From assembly GCA_965231095.1 (NCBI GenBank), contig OZ246416.1, positions 741,595-805,594 on the forward strand: a stretch of 64,000 bases of DNA, in the 5' to 3' direction. Under the pieces are notes generated by a model. The model had not been told where the DNA came from. It searched no databases and worked only from the letters and a program-made list of their open reading frames with translations. Positions 57,601 to 64,000 of this stretch are shown here, in pieces. Within the stretch, counting starts at the first letter, position 1. Each line of letters begins with the position of its first letter. The position numbers and the translations under genes are program-made. This DNA is from an uncultured Gammaproteobacteria bacterium. Its GTDB lineage: Bacteria; Patescibacteriota; Patescibacteriia; XYB2-FULL-38-15.

Positions 57601-57655
57601 GGGCGAATCTGTAAAGTCACGTCATGCGTGATGGAGCAGGTTCGCCCGCTTTTTT
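57601..57655 (+). terminator. intrinsic terminator
   Basis: gggcgaatctg...caggttcgccc plus TTTTTTTATTT. Confidence 0.45.
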
Positions 57656-57666
57656 TATTTAACCCT

Positions 57667-57695
57667 TGACAAGATTTTTATATATGTTAAAATAA
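57667..57695 (+). promoter_or_regulatory. promoter TTGACA-16/17-TAAAAT
   Basis: cTTGACAagatttttatatatgtTAAAATaacc. Confidence 0.4.
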
Positions 57696-57699
57696 CCAG

Positions 57700-57836
57700 T
57701 TGGATTATTGGACTAAAAAACCACCGGAAACCTGCAGACACGACAAGCACGGGGGTTAATCCTGCGTTCGCCTGGCCTTGGCTCGGCAAAACGCGGGAAT
57801 AACTCTCTTGTCTGCAGATTCCCGGTGGCTTTTGTT
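57700..57836 (+). ncRNA. candidate roughly 135-nt sRNA with closing 5-prime/3-prime stem and intrinsic terminator
   Basis: 5-prime ccaccggaaacctgcagaca pairs with 3-prime tgtctgcagattcccggtgg plus CTTTTGTTTTT. It is convergent with vanW, so it is not its leader. Confidence 0.35.
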
Positions 57837-57837
57837 T

Positions 57838-59838
57838 TTAAAAAGTAAGAGGAAGTAGAGCCGGGTCAGGAATTCCGTCCGGGCTCGTGGGGATTGTCGG
57901 CGTTTCGGGGGGAGTCGGAGTCGGTTCTTTTCCCACTAAACAAACCGCGCTCCAGGGAACGTAGTGGCTTGACCAGGTTTCGGTTTTTATTTCTCCATCT
58001 TTATAAGTAATGGTGCGGTCAAATTCCGCGTCCGCGCCGGTGTGCGCCCGTTCCGTGCATTTTTTAACTCCCGGAGCAAGATCGGCGGTTTCAATAATTT
58101 TTGTCGGACCGGGACTGACAAAGTTGAAAACTCTTGGCGTGGTCATTTCCACTTTGCGCCCGTCGGGCGTGCCCCAGAGTTCAAAAGTTAATTCATCTCC
58201 GTCAATTCTTGTTTGGAGTAGCAGGTAAGCAGGTGTGTCATTTACAAATTTTAAATCAGGACGAGGGCTATAAATGGTCGCATCCATTCCGGCCGGTTCA
58301 TAATAAACTACGCGATAGGAATGCGGCCGGCGTTCGGTGATGGGCAATCCGGCATCAAGCGCTACGCGGAAAGCAGTTGTCCCAATTTGGCAGAGGCCCC
58401 CGCCGTACTCGGGGATAGTTTTATCGCCTTTGATAACAAGCTCCGGAAGATAGCCAGTAGAAGCATCAATCTCCCCCAAGGTTTTAACTAAAGAAAATTC
58501 TTCGCCCGGAGCGATTAAAACACCGTTTAATTTTGTCGCCCCGACTTTGATGTTATGGCGGCGATTTGTCGGGCTGCCGGAGAAATCAGATGTGCCCGTC
58601 CCGACCAATTCTTGAATTCCCAAATTGTTGATAGTGCCGATGGGAACTTGCGGCGCGGTAATTGTCACAATCATCTGAATAATTTCTTCTTTGTCCGGTA
58701 CGGGATTTTTTGGGCAAGCGGCTTGAATTTTTGTTTCATCAAAATTTTTTACATAGTTGTTTAAAAGATCATAGCTCGCTTCAATATTTAATTCTTTTCC
58801 GCCCTGATGCAATTGGAATTCTTCAACCAAGCCGTTTTCTATTGTGAATTTCGCGTTTTGCGGGAGAACGTCAATTTCGGCAGCCAACTTTTTTAAATAT
58901 TCCTCAACTTTTTCTTTATTCAACCCGACGGTTAGCCCATCTTTTGTTTGTTGGAATTCAAAGTTATCTCTTAGCTCAGCTTGATTTATAACCCAGGTTT
59001 TTTTTGTTTCGCCCAAAGCCAGAAAACACAGCCCGGCTAATTTTTCGGCGCGACCCGCGGCGAGGGCGGTTTCAGCTTTTTTTATTTTTGCTTTTTCCGC
59101 AGTCAGTTCAAGTTTGGCGGGCGAGTCAATCAATTTAGAGATTTTAAGAAAAGCATCATTGATAGCAAAAGAATAATTAAAAGTGCGGCCGTCTTGCTCA
59201 TCGCTCACCACGACTTGTGTGCCATTTCCGTTTTTAACATAATTTATTTTTGCGTCTTGCGGTTCTTTTTCCAAATAGCCAAAACTTTCTTTCAAAACTT
59301 TTATCATTTCATCTTCATTGATTTGGTATTTCAGGGGAATACTTTTTCCAAGCAGTAAAAATTTTACCTGGTTTCCGAGATTGGCCAGAAAATTTTTATT
59401 GCGGCCGAGGGCGAAAGCTTCTTTTACGGTTTGTTCGTTCTCTAAAGAAAAAACCGTTCGGGAAAGATCAGGATCATTGGCGGCCGTGACAAGAGGAGCA
59501 AGCGAGGCGGTTTTATTTTGATAAACAAAAGTGACGCCTTCTTCATTAAATTTTTTTGTCGCTTCCCGAAGCGCCACCATTGCCTCGTCTTTTGTTTTTC
59601 CACCGAGTTTTAAATCATTGATTTTTATGCCGGGATATATTTTATCAGAAAATATTTTTTCAAAGCCAAACGCCGTGCCGGCCGGCAGGACGACGAGCAA
59701 TAAAAAAATGGCGATAATAATTTTCAGCCATTTTTTAACGACAAATTTTTTCGGAAGTTCCGCGGTTATTTTCTGTGAAACTGGGTCTGGAGATTTGTTA
59801 AGTTCCTTTTTGCCCATCTTTGTTTTGTAAAATTTCAT
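57838..59838 (-). CDS. VanW family protein with N-terminal TM and peptidoglycan-binding-like domains
   Basis: VanW core ...EYGGGLCQIGTTAFRVALDAGLPITERRPHSY...; Pro/Thr-rich C-terminal tail. Confidence 0.85.
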   Translation of the reverse strand: MKFYKTKMGKKELNKSPDPVSQKITAELPKKFVVKKWLKIIIAIFLLLVVLPAGTAFGFEKIFSDKIYPGIKINDLKLGGKTKDEAMVALREATKKFNEEGVTFVYQNKTASLAPLVTAANDPDLSRTVFSLENEQTVKEAFALGRNKNFLANLGNQVKFLLLGKSIPLKYQINEDEMIKVLKESFGYLEKEPQDAKINYVKNGNGTQVVVSDEQDGRTFNYSFAINDAFLKISKLIDSPAKLELTAEKAKIKKAETALAAGRAEKLAGLCFLALGETKKTWVINQAELRDNFEFQQTKDGLTVGLNKEKVEEYLKKLAAEIDVLPQNAKFTIENGLVEEFQLHQGGKELNIEASYDLLNNYVKNFDETKIQAACPKNPVPDKEEIIQMIVTITAPQVPIGTINNLGIQELVGTGTSDFSGSPTNRRHNIKVGATKLNGVLIAPGEEFSLVKTLGEIDASTGYLPELVIKGDKTIPEYGGGLCQIGTTAFRVALDAGLPITERRPHSYRVVYYEPAGMDATIYSPRPDLKFVNDTPAYLLLQTRIDGDELTFELWGTPDGRKVEMTTPRVFNFVSPGPTKIIETADLAPGVKKCTERAHTGADAEFDRTITYKDGEIKTETWSSHYVPWSAVCLVGKEPTPTPPETPTIPTSPDGIPDPALLPLTF

Positions 59839-60034
59839 TCAAAAGAGTTTTGGCCAGTTTTGCCCTTTCTTCTTCATCGGATTGGTTGGTGGAAATTCCG
59901 AGCCGGACGGCCGAGCCTTCTTTCGCGTCTTCTGGCAGGTCAAGTTTTGGCCAGCGAAGTTCTTGCCCATCTTCAGTTTTTATGATGGCGAAATCTTCTT
60001 CAAATCGATCAATTGCCGCTTTTATAAATTTCAT
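59798..60034 (-). CDS. DUF3006-like small protein
   Basis: MKFIKAAIDRFEEDFAIIKTEDGQEL... Confidence 0.5.
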   Translation of the reverse strand: MKFIKAAIDRFEEDFAIIKTEDGQELRWPKLDLPEDAKEGSAVRLGISTNQSDEEERAKLAKTLLNEILQNKDGQKGT

Positions 60035-60038
60035 AAAT

Positions 60039-60476
60039 TTAAAACTCCTCCTTAACTTTAATTTGCGCGTCGGAAATTGCTTTGGGCAAGACGATTGTCA
60101 AAAGCCCGTTTTTTAAAGTGGCTTTTATTTTATCCGCCTTAACGTCTTCGGGCAAAACTATAGTTCGGGAAAATCCGCCCCAATAGCATTCGCGATATAA
60201 ATAATCGGATGAGTTGATATTGGCTTCGGCTTCCCGTTTTCCGCGGATAGTTAAGAGGTCGTTGTTTACAAGAATGTTCAAATCTTCCGGCCGAACGCCG
60301 GCCATGGTTGAACGGACGACAATTTCTTTATCATTATGATAAACATCAACTGAGAGCTGGCCTTCATAATCTTGGGAGAGCCAGGCGCGAGATTCTTCAC
60401 CAGCTTCTCTTTGAACCGGAAAAAAATTTTCCTCTTGAGGAGTTTGATTTTTAGCGGGGAAGAGGTTTTTGAGCAT
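60039..60476 (-). CDS. Hsp20/alpha-crystallin family small heat-shock protein
   Basis: ACD core: GKREAE...YLYRECYWGGFSRTIVLPEDVKADKIKATLKNGLLTIVLPK. Confidence 0.85.
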   Translation of the reverse strand: MLKNLFPAKNQTPQEENFFPVQREAGEESRAWLSQDYEGQLSVDVYHNDKEIVVRSTMAGVRPEDLNILVNNDLLTIRGKREAEANINSSDYLYRECYWGGFSRTIVLPEDVKADKIKATLKNGLLTIVLPKAISDAQIKVKEEF

Positions 60477-60560
60477 AGGCTTGAAATAAGTTATATAATT
60501 GTAGAGGATTTTTAAATAGTTGTCAAAATTTATATTCTTTGTTATTATGGTAAATAACTT

Positions 60561-60635
60561 GGCCCTATCGTCTAGTCTGGTCTAGGACACCACGCTTTCA
60601 ATGTGGTAACACGGGTTCGAATCCCGTTGGGGCTA
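60561..60635 (+). tRNA. tRNA-Glu (TTC)
   Basis: GGCCCTATCGTCTAGTCTGGTCTAGGACACCACGCTTTCAATGTGGTAACACGGGTTCGAATCCCGTTGGGGCTA is near-colinear with canonical bacterial tRNA-Glu. Acceptor has G1:U72 and U6:G67 wobbles. Confidence 0.7.
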
Positions 60636-60804
60636 TTTAAAAAAATCGAGAATTAAAATAAAACTCTGAAAATAATCTAATCAAGAAATGACACCCTGAG
60701 GGATTCGAACCGGGAAGGGGTCGGGAAACGGGAGTTTCCCGATTCGCGGAAATATTAAAACCGCAGGGTTTTAAAACGCAGCGAACGAAGTGAGTAGTGA
60801 GAAT

Positions 60805-60822
60805 TCCCGTTGGGGCTATTTA
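60805..60822 (+). repeat. 18-bp direct duplication of tRNA-Glu 3-prime end (tcccgttggggctattta)
   Basis: Identical to 60623-60640. Bounds a 165-bp hairpin-rich segment (60641-60804). Confidence 0.5.
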
Positions 60823-60839
60823 GGATTAAAAGAAGATAG

Positions 60840-61898
60840 ATGAAAATTTTAGGCATTGAAACGTCTTGCGATGAAACATCAGCGGCAGTTCTTGAAATGA
60901 AGAACGGCCGTTTTTTGGTTTTATCAAATGTTGTTTCTTCACAAATAAAAATTCACGCCAAGTACGGCGGAGTGGTGCCGGAGGTGGCGGCGAGGATGCA
61001 TGTGGAGGCAATTTTGCCGGTCGTGGAAAAAGCGCTCGGAAAAGATGGCCTCGAAAAAATTGATGTGATTGCCGTGGCGGCCGGACCGGGTTTGATCACT
61101 TCGCTTTTAGTGGGAAACGAAACAGCAAAAATTTTGTCTTGGTTTTGGAAAAAGCCGCTTGTCGCATTGAATCATATGGAAGCGCACATTTACGCGAATT
61201 GGCTCGCTAATAAAAAAATAAATTTTCCGGCATTATGCCTTGTGGTGAGCGGGGGACATACAGAATTAATTTTGATGCGCGGGCATGGGAAATATGAAGT
61301 GATTGGCGAGACGCGCGATGACGCAGCCGGAGAATGTTTTGATAAGGCGGCAAAAATTTTGGGGCTCGGGTATCCCGGTGGACCGGCGATTGCAGCAGAA
61401 GCCGCGAGATTTAAGATTGAAGATTTAAGATTTAAGATTGAGTTGCCGCGGCCGATGATTGATACTAAAGATTTTGATTTTTCTTTTTCCGGATTGAAGA
61501 CGGCGGTGCTCTACGCGGCGCGCGATTTAAAAAATAAACACAACCACCCCCAGCCCCTCCTTCAAAAGGAGGGGGGATCCGAATTTGTGCCGGCGATGGC
61601 GCATGAAGTTCAGGAAGCGATCACAGATGTACTTGTGGCTAAAACAATTCAGGCGGCAAAAAAATATAAGGTAAAAACGGTAATGCTTGCTGGCGGCGTT
61701 TCGGCCAATAAGAGGTTGCGCGAGCGATTTGTGGAAGCAATGAAAAGTGAATTACCAAATACGAAATACCAAATACCGGAGACTAAATACTGCACCGACA
61801 ACGCGGCGATGGTTGCGGCAGCCGGATATTTTCACGTCGCGAAAAAAGATTTTACGAGTTGGCAGAAATTAAAAGTTGATCCGAATTGGGAATTATGA
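60840..61898 (+). CDS. tsaD: tRNA N6-adenosine threonylcarbamoyltransferase TsaD
   Basis: Kae1/TsaD fold: GIETSCDETSAAV...HMEAHIYA...GGVSANKRLRE. Carries two in-frame low-complexity insertions. Confidence 0.88.
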   Translation: MKILGIETSCDETSAAVLEMKNGRFLVLSNVVSSQIKIHAKYGGVVPEVAARMHVEAILPVVEKALGKDGLEKIDVIAVAAGPGLITSLLVGNETAKILSWFWKKPLVALNHMEAHIYANWLANKKINFPALCLVVSGGHTELILMRGHGKYEVIGETRDDAAGECFDKAAKILGLGYPGGPAIAAEAARFKIEDLRFKIELPRPMIDTKDFDFSFSGLKTAVLYAARDLKNKHNHPQPLLQKEGGSEFVPAMAHEVQEAITDVLVAKTIQAAKKYKVKTVMLAGGVSANKRLRERFVEAMKSELPNTKYQIPETKYCTDNAAMVAAAGYFHVAKKDFTSWQKLKVDPNWEL

Positions 61899-62332
61899 AA
61901 AAAGTTTTTAAAAATGAAAAAGAAACTTTGGCTTTTGCTGAGAAATTTTCCAAAACGCTCCATGGGGGGGAAGTGGTTGCTCTCGTTGGCGAACTCGGTG
62001 CCGGAAAAACGGTTTTTACGCGTGGGTTGGCGCGCGGGCTGGGAATTAAGCAAAAAATAAAAAGTCCGACATTTTTATTGATGAAAATATACAAAGTAAA
62101 AATTCAAAATTCAAAAGTCAAAAGCTTGGTACACGTGGATGCTTATAGGCTAAGTGGCGCGAACGAACTCGTGGACATTGGGCTCCTAGATTGGCTCGAC
62201 CGGCCGGATACGGTGACGGTGATTGAGTGGGCGGATAAAGTTTCGGAAATTTTGCGCGGAAGAAAAGTGATAAAAATAAAAATGGAATTGGGAAAGAGGG
62301 AAGCGGAGAGGATTGTCAAAACAACAAAATAA
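61886..62332 (+). CDS. tsaE: tRNA threonylcarbamoyladenosine biosynthesis ATPase TsaE
   Basis: GELGAGKTVFTRGLARGLG P-loop; overlaps the tsaD end. Confidence 0.8.
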   Translation: MGIMKKVFKNEKETLAFAEKFSKTLHGGEVVALVGELGAGKTVFTRGLARGLGIKQKIKSPTFLLMKIYKVKIQNSKVKSLVHVDAYRLSGANELVDIGLLDWLDRPDTVTVIEWADKVSEILRGRKVIKIKMELGKREAERIVKTTK

Positions 62333-62360
62333 CAAAATAACAAATAAAAAATTCCTTTAA

Positions 62361-62388
62361 AAGGGATTTTTTTGTCATTCCCGTAAAA
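62361..62388. repeat. short GTCATTCCCG-loop-CGGGAA palindrome
   Basis: ttgtcattcccgtaaaaacgggaaccc. Confidence 0.4.
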
Positions 62389-62450
62389 ACGGGAACCCAG
62401 TAATTTGAATCGGATCACCAATAGAGTTGGGAATGGCATTTAGAAATGGC

Positions 62451-62479
62451 TTGACAGAAATGGAGCGGCATGATATAAA
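62451..62479 (+). promoter_or_regulatory. sigma70-like promoter, TTGACA-17-TATAAA
   Basis: TTGACAgaaatggagcggcatgaTATAAAT. Confidence 0.45.
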
Positions 62480-62518
62480 TTAGAGTCTTAGCGGCGACAG
62501 AGTTAAGGAGGATTGAAG

Positions 62519-62869
62519 ATGGCGAGGACGAAGAAGCCGAACCAAACCGAAGAAGTCGAAATCAATCTGGGAAGGTTGTTACACGAGCAGCTGTGTACCG
62601 GGGATCACGTCGAGATGTGTTTTTGGGACAGGCGCGACTCTTGGGTGATTGGTGGGCCGAATGCTAGTCGCCCCGAGGGCAACGTTTACTGGATGATGGC
62701 CCGCAGAGTCCTCGAGATCGCAAAGCAGAGGGGGCTGACCGCTGCCGATGTGGTCGCGTTTGTCAATGCGTTACGAGAGCGGGTGGATACAGATGGCTAT
62801 TACGGCGCTTCGTACCGTTGCTACCGCCGTCTGTGCCGCCGTTTTCTTAAGTCGGCAAACCGGCGCTAG
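62519..62869 (+). CDS. GC-rich small hypothetical protein (116 aa)
   Basis: SD AAGGAGG then ATG at 62519. Followed by terminator ccgacaag...cttgtcgg plus TTTTTTTATTTT (62872-62916). Confidence 0.45.
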   Translation: MARTKKPNQTEEVEINLGRLLHEQLCTGDHVEMCFWDRRDSWVIGGPNASRPEGNVYWMMARRVLEIAKQRGLTAADVVAFVNALRERVDTDGYYGASYRCYRRLCRRFLKSANRR

Positions 62870-62871
62870 TG

Positions 62872-62916
62872 TTCGGCCGACAAGTTGGTTTCAAGCCTTC
62901 TTGTCGGTCTTTTTTT
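62872..62916 (+). terminator. intrinsic terminator
   Basis: ggccgacaagttggtttcaagccttcttgtcggtc plus TTTTTTTATTTT. Confidence 0.5.
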
Positions 62917-63035
62917 ATTTTCAAAATTTATTGTTCGAGCGAAGTCGAGAACCAATAAGGTTTAGCTTCTCGATTCTCCCGCCAAGGCGGGATCGCTCGA
63001 AGAATAATAAAAACGGCCACTCGGCCGCTTCTGGA

Positions 63036-63085
63036 TTCCCGCCGGAGTTTATCCCGTACTTGATGCGGGACGGGAATGACATTGT
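63036..63085. repeat. ATTCCCG...CGGGAATGAC palindromic element
   Basis: attcccgccggagtttatcccgtacttgatgcgggacgggaatgacattg. Confidence 0.4.
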
Positions 63086-63092
63086 GAAAATT

Positions 63093-64000
63093 TTATTCCG
63101 CCGCGGAGAAAATTTCGGAAACGGAAGTGACGCCGGCCAGGGCTTTCAGTAATCCGTCCTGAACCATGGTCACCATCCCGGCTTTGGTCGCGATCTCTTG
63201 CATTTGATATTCGGAAATTTCGCCCGACAAAATTATTTTTTCAATGTCTTTGCTCATTATCATAATTTCATAAATACCGATTCGGCCCTTGTAGCCGAGA
63301 TTGTTGCACGCGTCGCAACCAGCGCCTTTATAAAATTTCATGGCTGATAAATCTTTTTCATATTTCTCTTTTGCGGTGTTTGGCAATTCATCAAGAATTT
63401 TTTTCACCCGCGCCATATTTTCCGCGTCCAATTTATCTTCCACTTTGCAACTTTCGCAAATTTTTCTGACCAAGCGCTGACCAATCACCGCGTTTAGAGC
63501 CGGCGCCAACAAAAACGGTTTTACGCCCATGGACATAAAGCGGGGAATGGCGCCCGAAGCGCTGTTAGTGTGAATGGTGGAAATTACCAAATGCCCGGTG
63601 AGCGCGGCCTGAATGGCAATGTCGGCGGTTTCAATGTCGCGGATTTCACCGACCATGACGACGTCCGGGTCTTGGCGCAAAATTGATTTCAAACCTTTGG
63701 CAAAAGTATAATCACGGGAATAATCAACTTGGCTTTGATTTATTCCTTCCAATTTATATTCCACCGGATCTTCCAAGGTGATAATTTTTACGCCCGGTTC
63801 GTTTAGTTTATTTAAAATGGAGTAAAGAGTAGTAGTTTTACCAGAACCAGTTGGACCGGTGGTGATAATCATGCCGTTTGGCCGTTCGGTCTGGGCTTTA
63901 ATTTGGGAAAAAGCCGGTTCCCAAAGTCCAAGTCCGTCAAAACTTAGTCCGGCGGTGGAAGGCATTAAGAGCCGCATGACAACCGATTCGCCGTATGAAG
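63093..64000 (-). CDS. type II secretion / type IV pilus assembly ATPase (GspE/PilB family), 3-prime portion; N-terminus beyond window
   Basis: GPTGSGKTTTLYS Walker A, DPVEY, GEIRD, tetracysteine motif CESCK...GCDACN. Confidence 0.85.
   Translation of the reverse strand, partial: SYGESVVMRLLMPSTAGLSFDGLGLWEPAFSQIKAQTERPNGMIITTGPTGSGKTTTLYSILNKLNEPGVKIITLEDPVEYKLEGINQSQVDYSRDYTFAKGLKSILRQDPDVVMVGEIRDIETADIAIQAALTGHLVISTIHTNSASGAIPRFMSMGVKPFLLAPALNAVIGQRLVRKICESCKVEDKLDAENMARVKKILDELPNTAKEKYEKDLSAMKFYKGAGCDACNNLGYKGRIGIYEIMIMSKDIEKIILSGEISEYQMQEIATKAGMVTMVQDGLLKALAGVTSVSEIFSAAE

Noticed and set aside
60690-60830. Second tRNA next to tRNA-Glu (ggattcgaacc motif and ...tcccgttggggcta 3-prime end)
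   Set aside because: No cloverleaf can be drawn on either strand. The T-stem is missing. The 3-prime end is an exact duplication of the tRNA-Glu terminus, so it is interpreted as an att-like scar rather than a gene.
8828-62125. CRISPR array
   Set aside because: The only regularly spaced repeats are 7-bp tandem units without spacers, inside coding regions. There are no 25-40 bp repeats with unique spacers and no cas genes.
736-62869. Explaining the GC-rich cassettes purely as mis-assembled contaminant contigs
   Set aside because: Each cassette is short. Each is flanked on both sides by contiguous AT-rich core genes in a sensible order, with an AT-rich host-like promoter and terminator hugging the GC-rich ORF, which is hard to produce by chimeric joining. 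Not fully excluded; a read-level check is listed under the findings.

Overview
This is a low-GC, gene-dense bacterial segment. Its housekeeping backbone is: ychF, rpsF-ssb-rpsR, epmA-efp, recA, a rodZ-like gene, ftsK, a GT-C/GT2/GT-C glycosylation operon, an archaeal-type PGI/PMI, uvrC, uvrA, uvrB, an SPFH protein, a hemerythrin, xerC/D-like, rpsO-NYN-pnp, a dksA-like gene, lspA, comM/yifB, an M23 peptidase, hppA, vanW, hsp20, tsaD-tsaE, and a partial gspE/pilB. tRNA-His, tRNA-Arg and tRNA-Glu are present, plus an atypical tRNA-Ala-like gene. The gene content and compact style look like an uncultivated Patescibacteria/CPR-type genome; this is inference only.

Five kinds of accessory features sit on that backbone:

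1. A complete diversity-generating retroelement (DGR) at about 42.3-45.5 kb. It comprises a GC-rich target gene with a C-terminal variable region (VR), a hairpin just downstream, a cognate template repeat (TR) carrying about 10 AAC codons, an avd gene on the opposite strand, and a reverse transcriptase with the DGR-specific GNLTSQ motif and a YADD box.

2. At least nine compositionally foreign, strongly GC-rich cassettes: 929-1555, 20898-21161, 23920-24180, 26380-27156, 27299-28057, 30535-30867, 31054-31308, 42625-43332, 57000-57561 and 62519-62869. Each sits between AT-rich core genes and has its own near-consensus TTGACA-17-TATAAT promoter, strong Shine-Dalgarno, a GC-rich structured leader and an intrinsic terminator. 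One encodes a stand-alone cNMP-binding protein that is convergent with a Cys-rich lipoprotein. That lipoprotein gene is preceded by a ~650-nt GC-rich transcribed noncoding region.

3. A ~10 kb accessory island (31.4-41.3 kb). It carries four paralogous Zn-ribbon membrane proteins, a HicA-like gene and small hypothetical genes. A large serine recombinase gene abuts tRNA-His/tRNA-Arg, followed by a tyrosine recombinase.

4. Two repeat families. One is a GC-rich palindromic GTCATT...AATGAC element with five copies; one copy is in-frame inside uvrA and two bracket the DGR. The other is AT-rich 7-bp tandem repeats inserted in-frame in epmA, a GT-C gene, lspA, tsaD and tsaE.

5. Several promoter-to-terminator noncoding RNA candidates: 14.19-14.34 kb, 50.11-50.43 kb, 57.70-57.84 kb, and 28.18-28.84 kb on the minus strand.

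No CRISPR array was seen.
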